Source of the DNA: Minisyncoccota bacterium
GTDB taxonomy: Bacteria > Patescibacteriota > Minisyncoccia > Phycocordibacterales > UBA9973
Direction of reading: 5' to 3'
NCBI GenBank assembly: GCA_025453495.1
Contig: JALOQM010000004.1
Coordinates: 28,990-92,989, forward strand
DNA length: 64,000 nt
Shown: piece by piece, positions 45,041 to 55,588 of the stretch
Layout: each line of letters starts with the position of its first letter
Numbering within the stretch: the stretch's first letter is position 1
Made by a program: the position numbers and the translations under genes
Notes under the pieces: generated by a model
Database searches by the model: none
What the model was told of the DNA's origin: nothing
The model's input: the letters and a program-made list of their open reading frames with translations, nothing else

Positions 45041-47143
45041 CTAGATATCCAAGTTTGCCATCTTTGCATTTGACTGGATAAAAGACTTGCGTGGTGGGAC
45101 TTCAGAACCCATAAGAATATCAAATACTTTGTCTGCTTCAGCTGCGTCCTCGATTGAGACCTGTTTGAGCGTTCGTGTTGCTGGATGCATTGTCGTCTCA
45201 TGCAATTCTTCGGCATTCATTTCACCGAGACCCTTGTAGCGCTGTATAGATACTTTTGGCGCCCGTGCGATTGCCTTTGTCTCCTCATCTTCTGCTCCCT
45301 CTTCGGCTGCCTGTTCTGCGGCTGCCGCAAGTAGTTCTTCAAGCTCCGGCGCGTCTTTGCCGACGATCTTGTCACGCTCCTCATCAGAGTATGCATAAAA
45401 GATTTCTTTCCCCTTCTTTATCTTATAGAGTGGTGGTTGTGCAATATACACATAGCCCGCATCGATAATCGGTCGGAAATAGCGATAAAACAAGGTAAGC
45501 AAAAGTGTACGAATGTGCGCACCGTCGACATCGGCATCAGTTGCGATGATAATCTTGTGATAGCGCATTTTGACAATATCAAATGTATTACCGATTGAAG
45601 CACCCATGGCAATAACGAGATTTTTGACTTCTTGTGATGCGAGCATCTTGTCGAGACGTGCGCGTTCGACGTTTAGGATTTTGCCGCGTAGTGGCAAGAC
45701 TGCCTGCGTCCGACGATCGCGACCCATCTTTGCTGTACCACCAGCCGAATCTCCCTCCACAATGAAGATTTCTGATTCTTCAGCGCTCTTGCTCTGACAG
45801 TCAGTGAGCTTACCTGGAAGTGTGAGGCCTTCGAGTGCGCCCTTACGAAGCACTGAATCTTTGGCTGCCTTGGCTGCCTTTCTCGCATTCATAGCGATGA
45901 TCAACTTATTGATGATCTTTTTCGCATCGTCTGGGTGCTCTTCGAGATATTCCGCAAATGCTTCACCGAATACGGTTGCGACCGCTGACTGTGCTTCTAC
46001 TGAGCCAAGCTTTGCTTTCGTCTGACCTTCAAACTGGATTTCGCGAAGCTTCACGGAGATAATCGCTGTCACGCCTTCAAGCACATCGTCACCGATAAAT
46101 CCACCAGTATCACTTTCTTTGAGATAATTATTTTTCTTAGCGTAACTATTGAGAAGTCGCGTCAGTGCAGTTTTGAAACCAGTCACATGTGTACCACCCT
46201 CGCCATTGTAGATATTGTTTGCAAACGGGATGATACGTTCGGACATGTCGTCGATATACTGAAGAGCAACTTCAACTGACACATCTTGTGCACCTTCAGT
46301 CTTGTGCTCCTTTTCAATATAAAAAATATGCTCGTGGATTGGTTTCTGGAATCTGTTTGTGAACTGGATAAATGACATAAGCCCACCTTCAAAATAGAAG
46401 CTCATTGATGGTACTTCAAGACCAAGATCTTCAAGCCAATACGCATCATCTGTATCAATTTTACCAGTATATGCTCTCGCATCAATGATGCGAATTCGTA
46501 GTCCTTTGACAAGGTACGCCTGCTGACGCAAGTGTGAGACAATAGTATCCCAATTGAATTTTACTTCCTTAAAAATAGTAACATCAGGTTCAAAGGTGAT
46601 GATTGTGCCATGCTCTTTTGATGTACCGACTTTCTTAACCTTACTCTTTGGAACGCCGATTGAATATTCTTGCACGTGCTTGCCACCTTCACGGTGAACT
46701 TCAGCTTTTGCATAGACTGAGAGTGCATTGACCACTGACGCACCCACACCATGCAAACCACCAGACACCTTGTAGCCTGATTCTTCCCCACCGAATTTGC
46801 CACCGGCATGCAGTGTGGTCATGACTGTCTCAAGGGCAGACACTTTTGTCTTTGAGTGGATATCGACTGGAATGCCACGACCATTGTCGACGACACGTAC
46901 ACGATTACCAGGAAGGAGTGCGACTTCGATACGATCTGCAAACCCACCCATAGCCTCGTCACGAGAGTTATCAAAAATTTCCCAGATCAAGTGATGCAAA
47001 CCATCGGGACCAGTCGAGCCAATGTACATACCAGGTCTTTTGCGCACTGGCTCAAGACCCTCGAGCACTGAGATTTCTTCAGCTCCATACTTGCCCACTG
47101 CACTTGAGGACTTTGATTGTTTTTTGCCTTTTTCTTCAGCCAT
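45041..47143 (-). CDS. gyrB: DNA gyrase subunit B
   Basis: Start at MAEEKGKKQ (ATG at 47141-47143). GHKL ATPase motifs (EIFDNSRDEA; GLHGVGASVVNALS), Toprim EGDSAGG, PLRGKILNVE. Confidence 0.95.
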   Translation of the reverse strand: MAEEKGKKQSKSSSAVGKYGAEEISVLEGLEPVRKRPGMYIGSTGPDGLHHLIWEIFDNSRDEAMGGFADRIEVALLPGNRVRVVDNGRGIPVDIHSKTKVSALETVMTTLHAGGKFGGEESGYKVSGGLHGVGASVVNALSVYAKAEVHREGGKHVQEYSIGVPKSKVKKVGTSKEHGTIITFEPDVTIFKEVKFNWDTIVSHLRQQAYLVKGLRIRIIDARAYTGKIDTDDAYWLEDLGLEVPSMSFYFEGGLMSFIQFTNRFQKPIHEHIFYIEKEHKTEGAQDVSVEVALQYIDDMSERIIPFANNIYNGEGGTHVTGFKTALTRLLNSYAKKNNYLKESDTGGFIGDDVLEGVTAIISVKLREIQFEGQTKAKLGSVEAQSAVATVFGEAFAEYLEEHPDDAKKIINKLIIAMNARKAAKAAKDSVLRKGALEGLTLPGKLTDCQSKSAEESEIFIVEGDSAGGTAKMGRDRRTQAVLPLRGKILNVERARLDKMLASQEVKNLVIAMGASIGNTFDIVKMRYHKIIIATDADVDGAHIRTLLLTLFYRYFRPIIDAGYVYIAQPPLYKIKKGKEIFYAYSDEERDKIVGKDAPELEELLAAAAEQAAEEGAEDEETKAIARAPKVSIQRYKGLGEMNAEELHETTMHPATRTLKQVSIEDAAEADKVFDILMGSEVPPRKSFIQSNAKMANLDI

Positions 47144-47244
47144 TGAGATATAATTACTAGCGAAGTATACCAAAAATATGATCAAATAAAAAGCCCTTTT
47201 GAACTTACTAAGGGGGGCTTTTTGTCAGTAGGTACGCAGTGCGC

Positions 47245-47784
47245 CTAAAATCTGATTGGCACTACAAATGTCCTTGGCGACTCGCCGGATGGATCAGTAT
47301 TTGTAAAGAGTAAATATCCAGTCGGCGTGCGTTGTGGTGGTGTGTGTATTGTCAGCCGTGTAGAAAACGTTGCTGGTAACTGCATCCAGTTTCCAGATAT
47401 AGAAAGAATTTCTGTCGAAGAAAGCGGATTGTCACGTGAATCAAAAACACGCACTGTCCCTGCTTGTCCTTCAAAAGGACCCCAGTTACAATCACCGGTG
47501 ATGTATCCTGACACATTGACTGTAGAAGATACTTGCTCATTTGGTGACGGTGCTGTCACTGTGATACCACACGTAGACGAGAGTACAGGGTTTGGTATTG
47601 GTGCAGAAATGGGGGGAACTATCGTAGGTATATTTGGTTTAACAGCTGGTGACGGTCTATCGCTATTTCCAAAAAGTGGCGACCTTTTTGTGTTACTGAA
47701 GTTGCCAATAGCCGCAAGCGCGATAAAGATACCGACAAAGATAAGTATTATTAGGATACTATTTGAACCACCGCCTTTTGACAT
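47245..47784 (-). CDS. Membrane-anchored hypothetical protein with Pro-rich linker and Ig-like C-terminal domain
   Basis: Start at MSKGGGSNSILIILIFVGIFIALAAIG (ATG at 47782-47784). Pro-rich PSPAVKPNIPTIVPPISAPIPNP, C-terminal beta-type domain (GYITGDCNWGPFEGQAGTVRVFD). Confidence 0.45.
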   Translation of the reverse strand: MSKGGGSNSILIILIFVGIFIALAAIGNFSNTKRSPLFGNSDRPSPAVKPNIPTIVPPISAPIPNPVLSSTCGITVTAPSPNEQVSSTVNVSGYITGDCNWGPFEGQAGTVRVFDSRDNPLSSTEILSISGNWMQLPATFSTRLTIHTPPQRTPTGYLLFTNTDPSGESPRTFVVPIRF

Positions 47785-47884
47785 AGAAAAAATGATTATT
47801 GGATAATGACTATATTGTAGCGCATTTACACAAAAGAAAAACCATCCTGTAATCAGGATGGTTTTTACGGTAAAGAGCAAAACA

Positions 47885-48664
47885 CTATACTTCTGCTTTC
47901 ATCTTGATTATAAACCTTAGCGAGATAAGTCGATAGTTGAGTACACCAACTACTGCGCCAATAACTGCAAATACAAGAATCTGTAGCATGTCAAAGTTTA
48001 GGATGTAACTCGTGATAGTCCCTGCTGATGCAAAGACAAAACACAAAAGTCGCTCATCGGAATACGTCAGAATGAAGAGATGTTTGAAGAATTTTCCGAA
48101 ACAAGAGACAGACCATACTATTCCCTTTCCGATTTCAGTTCTTTTTTTCCAAAGAAATCTGACGGTGTAGTAAGTAGCAAGTATCGGTGAAATAGTAAGC
48201 ATTGATAGCGGATTTGCATATTTCAACCAAAAACGACAATAGTTGTTATATTCTATATTTCTGTCAAATAGTGCCACAACCATGAGGAAAAAAAACACAA
48301 TAGCTACAAAGAAAAAGAAATTGAAAATGATAGGTAGAACTGCTCCAACGATTTCCAATTTCTGAGAACAAAAAGTACTTAAAAATAGATTGGCAACTCC
48401 GACAAAAAGAACATTTGCCAGAAATTTAAGAGTTACTATGATTCTTGCTTTTGTATTTTCATGTAAGCGCCAGCTGCTTACATGATTCCATGCTTTCGGA
48501 ACAGCGAGAATAATTGCTTTAATGTCGCATAAGAGATAAGCACTTACGCCACCAATGATGACACCAAGCCACCAAAAGTCTGTAGTAATCTTAGTCGCAA
48601 TGAGCGAACCTGTGAGGATACCCATGAAGATTGCGAGCATAATCCGGAGAGATTTCTTTTCCAT
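47885..48664 (-). CDS. Hypothetical polytopic membrane protein
   Basis: 259 aa with about 6-7 hydrophobic helices. No recognisable family. Confidence 0.45.
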   Translation of the reverse strand: MEKKSLRIMLAIFMGILTGSLIATKITTDFWWLGVIIGGVSAYLLCDIKAIILAVPKAWNHVSSWRLHENTKARIIVTLKFLANVLFVGVANLFLSTFCSQKLEIVGAVLPIIFNFFFFVAIVFFFLMVVALFDRNIEYNNYCRFWLKYANPLSMLTISPILATYYTVRFLWKKRTEIGKGIVWSVSCFGKFFKHLFILTYSDERLLCFVFASAGTITSYILNFDMLQILVFAVIGAVVGVLNYRLISLRFIIKMKAEV

Positions 48665-48805
48665 GCTATGTAATTGTTAAGTTACTGTTTTGAGTTTTAG
48701 AATTTGATTTTTCTAAAAGAGACTTTATCACGAAATATAGTTCTCGTCAACTAAAGCTACTCTCCTTGCGAAATCGACTTTACGTTATGCTTGCTTTTAT
48801 GAAAG

Positions 48806-48850
48806 GAAAAAACCTCCGTTCACTACTGAACGGAGGTTTCAAGATTTTTT
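48806..48850 (-). terminator. Rho-independent terminator
   Basis: aaaaaacctccgttcactactgaacggaggtttcaagatttttt seen directly. 3' of the gene 48849-49379. Confidence 0.55.
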
Positions 48851-49379
48851 ATACTACATATGTGAGTATCAAAGATAGAATCATGCAGGTATAACAAAAA
48901 ATTCTGCGTAAAATAACCTTCTTTTTTTCGATGGTAGTGGAGTGGGAAATAACAAAAACTGTGGCAAAAGCAATAGACATAGCGGCAATCAAGACACCTG
49001 ACATGAAAGCTGAGATACCAGCGATAAGAGTAAAAATAAAAGCAAAAAGAATAGCAACACCAGAGAACACATGCGCAAAATTATTTTTTCGCTTGTCTTT
49101 AAAAAGAAGAAATGCAGAAAAAAGCAAAACTGAAATAGGTACAAGTACCACATGCCAGGCGAATGCTGTTTTCTCGTCAGTTTCAAAAGAGCCTGTCACA
49201 TCAATATTTGAGCCACTCAAACGGATTCCCTGGTCATAAGCAGCTGTTATACCAAGATTACGCGACTGGCTTTTGGGTGCAACAACGATGTTGCCTTCGG
49301 TAGTCTGTTGTAAGTGGTTTTGGGCACTTACAACCATAGCAACACAAGTGCATGCAAGGAAAAGAAATATCTTTTTCAT
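48849..49379 (-). CDS. Hypothetical membrane protein with signal peptide
   Basis: 176 aa. Signal peptide MKKIFLFLACTCVAMVVSA, then 3-4 hydrophobic helices. Confidence 0.45.
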   Translation of the reverse strand: MKKIFLFLACTCVAMVVSAQNHLQQTTEGNIVVAPKSQSRNLGITAAYDQGIRLSGSNIDVTGSFETDEKTAFAWHVVLVPISVLLFSAFLLFKDKRKNNFAHVFSGVAILFAFIFTLIAGISAFMSGVLIAAMSIAFATVFVISHSTTIEKKKVILRRIFCYTCMILSLILTYVV

Positions 49380-49513
49380 GGCTTTTTTATTTAGTTTTTA
49401 TACACTGGTAACTTACCAGCGTGGCTTATTCTATTCTTAATAGAGCATATAAAATCTATCTAGTCAATACATAATACAACACCTCCCGAACGGGAGGTGT
49501 TTGACTACTTTCT

Positions 49514-50548
49514 CTATGCTATCGTATAGAGTCCGTTTTTGTTTTTCTTGAAATATTTTGGGTTCTGGAGATTAACGAGAATAGTATTCTTCTTGAGGAA
49601 ACGCTCTTTGAGGACACGATTGACGATACCGTCTTTTGACATTGGACCCTCTTTCTTGAGAATCTCTTTTATCACATCACGGACAACACCTGGCTTATAT
49701 CCCCAATCACGAAGTGCATAGTAGCCACGACCGACAAGCACGAAACGCTGATCTTTGATGAGTTCATTGTGACAGGTCGCGACATGCGTCTTTTTGCCAA
49801 AGGTATCGGTAATTGCTTTTGCAACTTCGCGGAAATGCATCGGAGAACCATGCTTTCGCATGATGAGATACGCATAGTCTTTGACACCACGAGTTTTTAC
49901 ATTTGATGAATCAGCCCTCCCCCACTCACCAAGTGGATTGCTATTGATACGCTTTGAGATCGAAAGCCAACGACGTGCAATTTCTTCGTTCTTGTATTCA
50001 GCAGCAACTCCTTTGAGTTCATTTATAAAACGATCAACGATATCTGGCTCTGAAACGAGTTCATCATCAGAAAGTGATTCATAGAGTTTCTTGAGTGTAA
50101 TATGGACACCGTCTGCAGTAGCACGATCGACACTCCACCGTGGTTTGAAATGTTCATCTTCTTTATGTTTCTCAAAAAAGTCATGCACAACAAGGTGTAG
50201 ATGTATATGATTTTGTGTACTTTCGTCTTTGGAAATAGAACCAAGAAGATCCTCTTCAGAAACAACACCGCCAAGCGAAGCGATATAGTCACGGAGCTCT
50301 TCAAATGCCTTCTGTTCTACTTTGAATGCTTCTGACTTTCTGATCGAAGTAAGAGCTGCATTTTCTATCTGGCGTACACGCTCACGTGTAATCCCGTATT
50401 TTTGACCGATAGCTTCGAGTGTCTTTCGTTCGAGATCATCACCAAGTCCAAAACGTCCGGAGATGACATCATAGGCACGGTCGTGCAGATCTGCAAGAAT
50501 CTTCTTGGTAGTCTGCTTTGGTTTAAAAGTTAATGTAATTGAAGGCAT
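49514..50548 (-). CDS. DNA-binding protein with N-terminal sigma-70 region-4 HTH and C-terminal HARE-HTH domain
   Basis: 344 aa. Residues about 20-75 GRFGLGDDLERKTLEAIGQKYGITRERVRQIENAAL match the sigma-70 region 4 consensus. C-terminus MHFREVAKAITDTFGKK...CHNELIKDQRFVLVGRGYYALRDW resembles the HARE-HTH domain of the RNA polymerase delta subunit. No sigma region 2. Confidence 0.5.
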   Translation of the reverse strand: MPSITLTFKPKQTTKKILADLHDRAYDVISGRFGLGDDLERKTLEAIGQKYGITRERVRQIENAALTSIRKSEAFKVEQKAFEELRDYIASLGGVVSEEDLLGSISKDESTQNHIHLHLVVHDFFEKHKEDEHFKPRWSVDRATADGVHITLKKLYESLSDDELVSEPDIVDRFINELKGVAAEYKNEEIARRWLSISKRINSNPLGEWGRADSSNVKTRGVKDYAYLIMRKHGSPMHFREVAKAITDTFGKKTHVATCHNELIKDQRFVLVGRGYYALRDWGYKPGVVRDVIKEILKKEGPMSKDGIVNRVLKERFLKKNTILVNLQNPKYFKKNKNGLYTIA

Positions 50549-50633
50549 TTTCGCTTGTACTAATTAATTTATTAAAATGGTCATATTTGCAGACTTCATA
50601 TTATCAGTTAATCAATAGATTGTCAACACTTTA

Positions 50634-52448
50634 TTAGTGAGCATCCTCTGTTTTTCTAGCTGCCTTAGCACGATCGGTTTCTGTAAGGTGTTTTTTGCGT
50701 AGACGGACACTCTTTGGAGTAATTTCGAGGTATTCATCATCAGCCATAGTCTCAAGACCTCGCTCAATAGAAAGTATATATGCCGGCTTCAGATAAATAG
50801 TCTCGTCAGACCCAGACGCACGCATGTTTGTCAGTTGCTTACCCTTGGTCGGATTGACAGCAAGTTCTTCGCCTTTGATCGAATCCCCGACCACCATACC
50901 TTCATAGACTTCCGTGCCTGGCTCGATGTACAGCGTGCCGCGCTCTTGTAGATTGCCAAGTGCAAATCCAAGTGCCTTGCCGGCTGCCATTGACGTCATG
51001 GATCCAGCCTCACGCTTCTTGACCTCTCCTGCATACGGATGAAAACCAATCACACGTGAAGACATGATGCCTTCGCCTTTGGTATCGACGACGAATTGTC
51101 CACGATACCCAAGGAGTCCGCGCGTTGGAATCTCAAAGACGAGACGTGTGATGCCATCCTTATCACGCATGTCTTTCATAACACCACGACGCTTGTTGAT
51201 CTTTTCGATAACAACACCAGAAGAGATACTTGGGACGTCGATGATAAGTTCTTCAAACGGTTCTAGTTTTCGTGTCCCAAGCGGAGTCGAGGGATCGCTT
51301 TCTGTTTTGATAATAACCTGCGGTTGAGATACTTGCAGTTCATAGCCTTCGCGACGCATATTCTCAAGGAGTATCGCGATATGCAATTCTCCACGACCAT
51401 AGACTTTGTAATGTTCACCAGAGAAATCTACTTTGAGACCGACATTGATCTCAAGTTCTTTTTCGAGTCGTTCGCGGATCTGACGACCAGTGACAAATTT
51501 ACCTTCACGTCCAGCAAATGGTGAATCATTTACGAGGAAGTTAAGAGAGATAGTCGGCTCATCGATATGGATTGACGGTAGTGGCATTGTCGATTCACTG
51601 TCGACAATAGTCTCGCCGATATAGATGTCTGGAATACCTGCAATCATACCAATGTCTCCAGCAGTAATCTCTGAAGAATCTTTTCTTGCAATACCTTCAA
51701 ACGTAAAAAGCTTTGTGATTTTACCAGTACGAGTATCGCCTTGTGCATTTTTTACTAGAATCTGCGCTCCTGATGCAATAGTGCCACCATAGACACGCAC
51801 GACTGCCATACGACCAAGGAAATTGTCATAGCCGAGATTAAAGACCTGCGCTGCAAATGGTTCTGTGCTCTTTGTCGAAGCAACTGGTACTTGCTCAAGG
51901 ACGACATCAAGAAGTGGTGAAAGATCTTTTGCATCATCAGTAAGCAAACGCTTAGCAATACCTTGGCGACCGATCGCATAGACAGTTGTGAAATCAAGCT
52001 GTGCATCATTTGCACCAAGCTCAAGGAAAAGCTCAAGTACTTCCTCGTGTACTTTGTCAGGATTGCCACCTGGTTTGTCGATCTTGTTTATAACCACAAT
52101 AGGCTTGAGTCCAAGCTCAAGTGACTTCTTGAGGACAAATCGCGTCTGTGGCATTGGACCTTCTTGCGCGTCGACAAGCAGAAGCACCGAGTCAATAGAA
52201 CGAAGCACGCGCTCAACTTCAGAACCGAAATCCGCGTGCCCAGGCGTATCAACAATGTTGATCTTTGTGTCTTTATAAAAAATAGAGGTGTTCTTCGAAT
52301 AGATAGTGATGCCGCGTTCTTGCTCAAGGGCGTTTGAGTCCATAGATACGCCTTCGGCGACCATACCGGTCTGACGCATCAATGCATCGGTCAAGGTAGT
52401 CTTGCCGTGGTCAACGTGCGCAATGATTGCAATGTTTCGTATGTCCAT
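50634..52448 (-). CDS. typA: Translational GTPase TypA/BipA
   Basis: 604 aa. [24 protein letters not shown]-motifs. EF-G-like domain order and C-terminal BipA-specific domain. Confidence 0.95.
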   Translation of the reverse strand: MDIRNIAIIAHVDHGKTTLTDALMRQTGMVAEGVSMDSNALEQERGITIYSKNTSIFYKDTKINIVDTPGHADFGSEVERVLRSIDSVLLLVDAQEGPMPQTRFVLKKSLELGLKPIVVINKIDKPGGNPDKVHEEVLELFLELGANDAQLDFTTVYAIGRQGIAKRLLTDDAKDLSPLLDVVLEQVPVASTKSTEPFAAQVFNLGYDNFLGRMAVVRVYGGTIASGAQILVKNAQGDTRTGKITKLFTFEGIARKDSSEITAGDIGMIAGIPDIYIGETIVDSESTMPLPSIHIDEPTISLNFLVNDSPFAGREGKFVTGRQIRERLEKELEINVGLKVDFSGEHYKVYGRGELHIAILLENMRREGYELQVSQPQVIIKTESDPSTPLGTRKLEPFEELIIDVPSISSGVVIEKINKRRGVMKDMRDKDGITRLVFEIPTRGLLGYRGQFVVDTKGEGIMSSRVIGFHPYAGEVKKREAGSMTSMAAGKALGFALGNLQERGTLYIEPGTEVYEGMVVGDSIKGEELAVNPTKGKQLTNMRASGSDETIYLKPAYILSIERGLETMADDEYLEITPKSVRLRKKHLTETDRAKAARKTEDAH

Positions 52449-52620
52449 ACTGTAGTAAAAAATAATTCAAATAAAAAAACCGCGAAGCGGAGATAGGATA
52501 ACGTAGTAAAACCTATCAAATAAAAAAGCTTTATGCAAAAAACTCTAACATAATTTCATTTTTTGTAAACGTATGATAGAGTATGATTCGAATTGTTCTT
52601 ACTAAAAAACTCTGTAACAC

Positions 52621-52884
52621 ATGAATACATATTCAAAACAGCAGATACTGCGTGTCTTACATTTCACTATCAGCGTTTCACTGGTGACAAGCATAGTACT
52701 AATACTTGCTATCTCAGGAAAACACTACACCAACAAAGACAAGCTCTTATACTGGTTGTTTCAAATTGTAGTACTTATATTTTTTGGAAGCGCTGCTATT
52801 CGTTTGGTATTTTTCTTTTGGAAACCGAGCACAACAAGCAGGATAGACCATCATCAAAATATTACTTGGAAACACAGTGATTAA
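52621..52884 (+). CDS. Hypothetical small membrane protein
   Basis: 87 aa, two hydrophobic helices. Followed by hairpin aagctctcac...gtgagagctt (52925-52959). Confidence 0.3.
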   Translation: MNTYSKQQILRVLHFTISVSLVTSIVLILAISGKHYTNKDKLLYWLFQIVVLIFFGSAAIRLVFFFWKPSTTSRIDHHQNITWKHSD

Positions 52885-52959
52885 AAGCTGATGAACATAT
52901 CATATAGTTTTTGATACTACCAAGAAGCTCTCACGACTAGTAATTAGTTGTGAGAGCTT

Positions 52960-54057
52960 TTATTTTACAAGCTTCACAATATCGTGATAGGTCACAAGCA
53001 ACATGAGTGCGATAAGGAGGAAAAAGCCAACTGTATTTAGGGTGTTTGCAACTTTCGGCGTGATTGGAGAACCTTTAATCTTTTCTATAAGAAGGAAGAG
53101 AAGGCGACCACCATCAAGCGCTGGAAATGGCAGCAAATTGATGATAGCGAGATTTATAGAGATAACAGCAGTAAGCATCAAGAGATGGACAATACCAAAG
53201 TTATATGCATCGCCGACAACGCCGACAAGCCCAACTGGTCCTGTCACTTGTGTGAGATCAGCCTTACCAAGTACTGCATCACGAAGCAATGTCGCAAGAG
53301 AGACAGCTGTCTCGCCAGTCAACCTTGAGGTCAACAAGAAGCCTTTTGCAAGTGCTGTATGTACTGGAAGTTGCACTTTGCCGACCACATCAAGAGAAAC
53401 GCCGACTCCAGCTCGCCCATCAACTAACCCATCTTCTGGGACAAGGACAAGTGATTGGCGACTTCCTGCACGCTCGTATTCAACCAAAATATTTTTCCCG
53501 GCATTCTCGGCGACTGTTGTTTTGAATACTTCAATATCAGGATTTGTTATTTCTCCTGTTTGTGAATCAATAGCGACAATTCGATCACCGGCGATAAACC
53601 CAGCTCTGTCTGCAGGAGCACCTTCGACAACAGAAGTAATCGTAAGCATCGGCATTTCTTTGTATGAGAGTGATGAATCCACTGGACCAGAAGTCGGAAG
53701 TCCCGCCATAAATCCTGAAGAAATGAGGAGCCACGCGAGGATGAAATTAAAAGCAACACCAGCAAAGAGTACTGCCGCTTGGATATACTTTGGTTTCTTG
53801 ACCATACTACGTGCTGCATCAGGACCAGAGAGGGATTCGTCATCAGGATTTTCCCCAAAGATTTTTACAAAACCGCCAAATGGCAATAAGTTAAAAGAAT
53901 ACGTGGTCTCCCCTTTTTTGATACCAAAGAGTCTTGGTGGAAACCCAAAACCAAATTCATCGACACGTATACCAGAACGCTTGGCGACGATAAAATGCCC
54001 AAACTCATGGACAAGGACAAGGACCAATAGAATGATAAAAAATAGAAGGATATTCAT
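52960..54057 (-). CDS. rseP: RIP metalloprotease RseP (site-2 protease) with PDZ domain
   Basis: 365 aa. HEFGHFIVA zinc motif in TM1, central PDZ, C-terminal LDGG-type motif (ALDGGRLL). Confidence 0.9.
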   Translation of the reverse strand: MNILLFFIILLVLVLVHEFGHFIVAKRSGIRVDEFGFGFPPRLFGIKKGETTYSFNLLPFGGFVKIFGENPDDESLSGPDAARSMVKKPKYIQAAVLFAGVAFNFILAWLLISSGFMAGLPTSGPVDSSLSYKEMPMLTITSVVEGAPADRAGFIAGDRIVAIDSQTGEITNPDIEVFKTTVAENAGKNILVEYERAGSRQSLVLVPEDGLVDGRAGVGVSLDVVGKVQLPVHTALAKGFLLTSRLTGETAVSLATLLRDAVLGKADLTQVTGPVGLVGVVGDAYNFGIVHLLMLTAVISINLAIINLLPFPALDGGRLLFLLIEKIKGSPITPKVANTLNTVGFFLLIALMLLVTYHDIVKLVK

Positions 54058-54217
54058 AAGATATTAGTAGTTTGTATTTAGTATATAGTATTTTGCCTTC
54101 GTGTGGAGTACATCGTATTTTCTGAAATACTTGGTTGAGTGAGTTTTGTTTTTTTGGTTTAGAAAAACCGCACAAGCGAAACAACCCAAGGGCTTTTAGA
54201 AAATATGATGCGGGAAC

Positions 54218-54769
54218 CTAATTCATGACTTCGTTTTCTTTCTTTTGGAAAATACTTTCAAGATCAGCATTTGTCTCATCGACAATCTTTTGAAGATCAT
54301 CTTTTAGACGAAATTTCTCATCTTCACTCATACCGCCTTCTTTTTCTTTTGCTTGAATGGCGTTCCATGTTTCTTCACGCATCTTGCGTACAGACACACG
54401 AGCATCCTCAAGTCGTTCTTTGAGAATCTTTACAAGCGACACACGACGCTCAGTCGTGAGCATCGGGAAAATAACCCGAAGTCCAGCATCGTCTGTTGCA
54501 ACAGAGAGTCCGAGGTTTGCCGCCTGGATCGCGCGCTCGACTTCTTTGACCTGACTCTTGTCCCATGGCGCGACTCGGAGCGTCTTTGGATCTTCGATAT
54601 GAATAGCCGAAACGTTCTTGATCGGCATCCAGGATCCATAAGACTCGATCTGAATACCATCAAGAAGTGCTGGTGATGCCCGACCAGTATGAATCTGAGA
54701 ATACTCTTTGCTAAGCCACTCGCCTATCTTTTGGGCTTCTGCTTTTGTCTGAGAAAAATTGTATGCCAT
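54218..54769 (-). CDS. frr: Ribosome recycling factor
   Basis: 183 aa. Typical RRF length and conserved VRKMREE/ERRVSLVK blocks. Confidence 0.9.
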   Translation of the reverse strand: MAYNFSQTKAEAQKIGEWLSKEYSQIHTGRASPALLDGIQIESYGSWMPIKNVSAIHIEDPKTLRVAPWDKSQVKEVERAIQAANLGLSVATDDAGLRVIFPMLTTERRVSLVKILKERLEDARVSVRKMREETWNAIQAKEKEGGMSEDEKFRLKDDLQKIVDETNADLESIFQKKENEVMN

Positions 54770-54811
54770 ATGGCTGAGAGTATAACAAAAACAAAAAAAA
54801 TCCGCGACAGT

Positions 54812-55525
54812 TTACATAAGCACGAGCGCTATATATTCAAGAAGCATTTTTGTTGATGCGCCGCGATCACGCATATAGCTCTTTGTACGAAGCAATGACT
54901 CATAGTGCGTAACTGGTACTGAAGTACTATTTTGCATAGCATCTCTCAGTGCAAGCTCGATGCCGTCGAGTAGTTTGAGCGCCTCGCCTTTCAGATACAC
55001 ATGTTTCTCATCATCTTCATACTCCGTAAGAAGCTCTGCAATGTACTTAAGACGTTCTGGTTTGGATAATCGAAGAAATTCTTTTCCTTTAGTTAAGAGT
55101 ACAGTATGTTGCTCTGGACGAGTATCTCGAGGAATGAGAAAAAAACGTGAACGCAAGGTTGGAAGCAGTGCATCTCCACTTGGCGTGATGACAAAGAAGT
55201 GCACACCAAGTGCTGGCTCTTCAAGCACCTTAAGGAGTGCATTTTCTGCTTCACGAGTAAAAAAACGAACCCCAATAAGAAAAAATCTTCTATCACCCAC
55301 TGCACTACGTTCAACTTGTCTTGCGCGAAGCGCTCGCGCATCATCAACAGTAAAGAGTTCATAGTACTCACTTGTGACATCAGGGTTCCCTTCACGTGCA
55401 ACTCCAAAAGAATCAAGTAGTGTAAGAATACTTGGCAAAAGCACTTCATGCTCTCCTTCTATGAGATACGCATGATGCAAGGTATCTCTGTGTATGTGTG
55501 CGGCAAGCTGCATACTCTCGCTCAT
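54812..55525 (-). CDS. holB: DNA polymerase III delta-prime-like clamp-loader subunit (degenerate, no P-loop)
   Basis: 237 aa. HAYLIEG, LLKVLEEP, sensor-like TLRSRF. Lacks an intact Walker A. Confidence 0.6.
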   Translation of the reverse strand: MSESMQLAAHIHRDTLHHAYLIEGEHEVLLPSILTLLDSFGVAREGNPDVTSEYYELFTVDDARALRARQVERSAVGDRRFFLIGVRFFTREAENALLKVLEEPALGVHFFVITPSGDALLPTLRSRFFLIPRDTRPEQHTVLLTKGKEFLRLSKPERLKYIAELLTEYEDDEKHVYLKGEALKLLDGIELALRDAMQNSTSVPVTHYESLLRTKSYMRDRGASTKMLLEYIALVLM

Positions 55526-55588
55526 TGTACGGTAGAAATGAAAATAAAAAAATCCCCTTATGACAGAGGATTTTTAGCAAAGAACAAA

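Noticed and set aside
53003-54067. 354-aa plus-strand ORF antisense to rseP
   Set aside because: Pro/Ser/Thr/Arg-rich low-complexity translation with no motifs. It mirrors the well-supported RseP gene on the opposite strand (HEFGH, PDZ). Classic shadow ORF.
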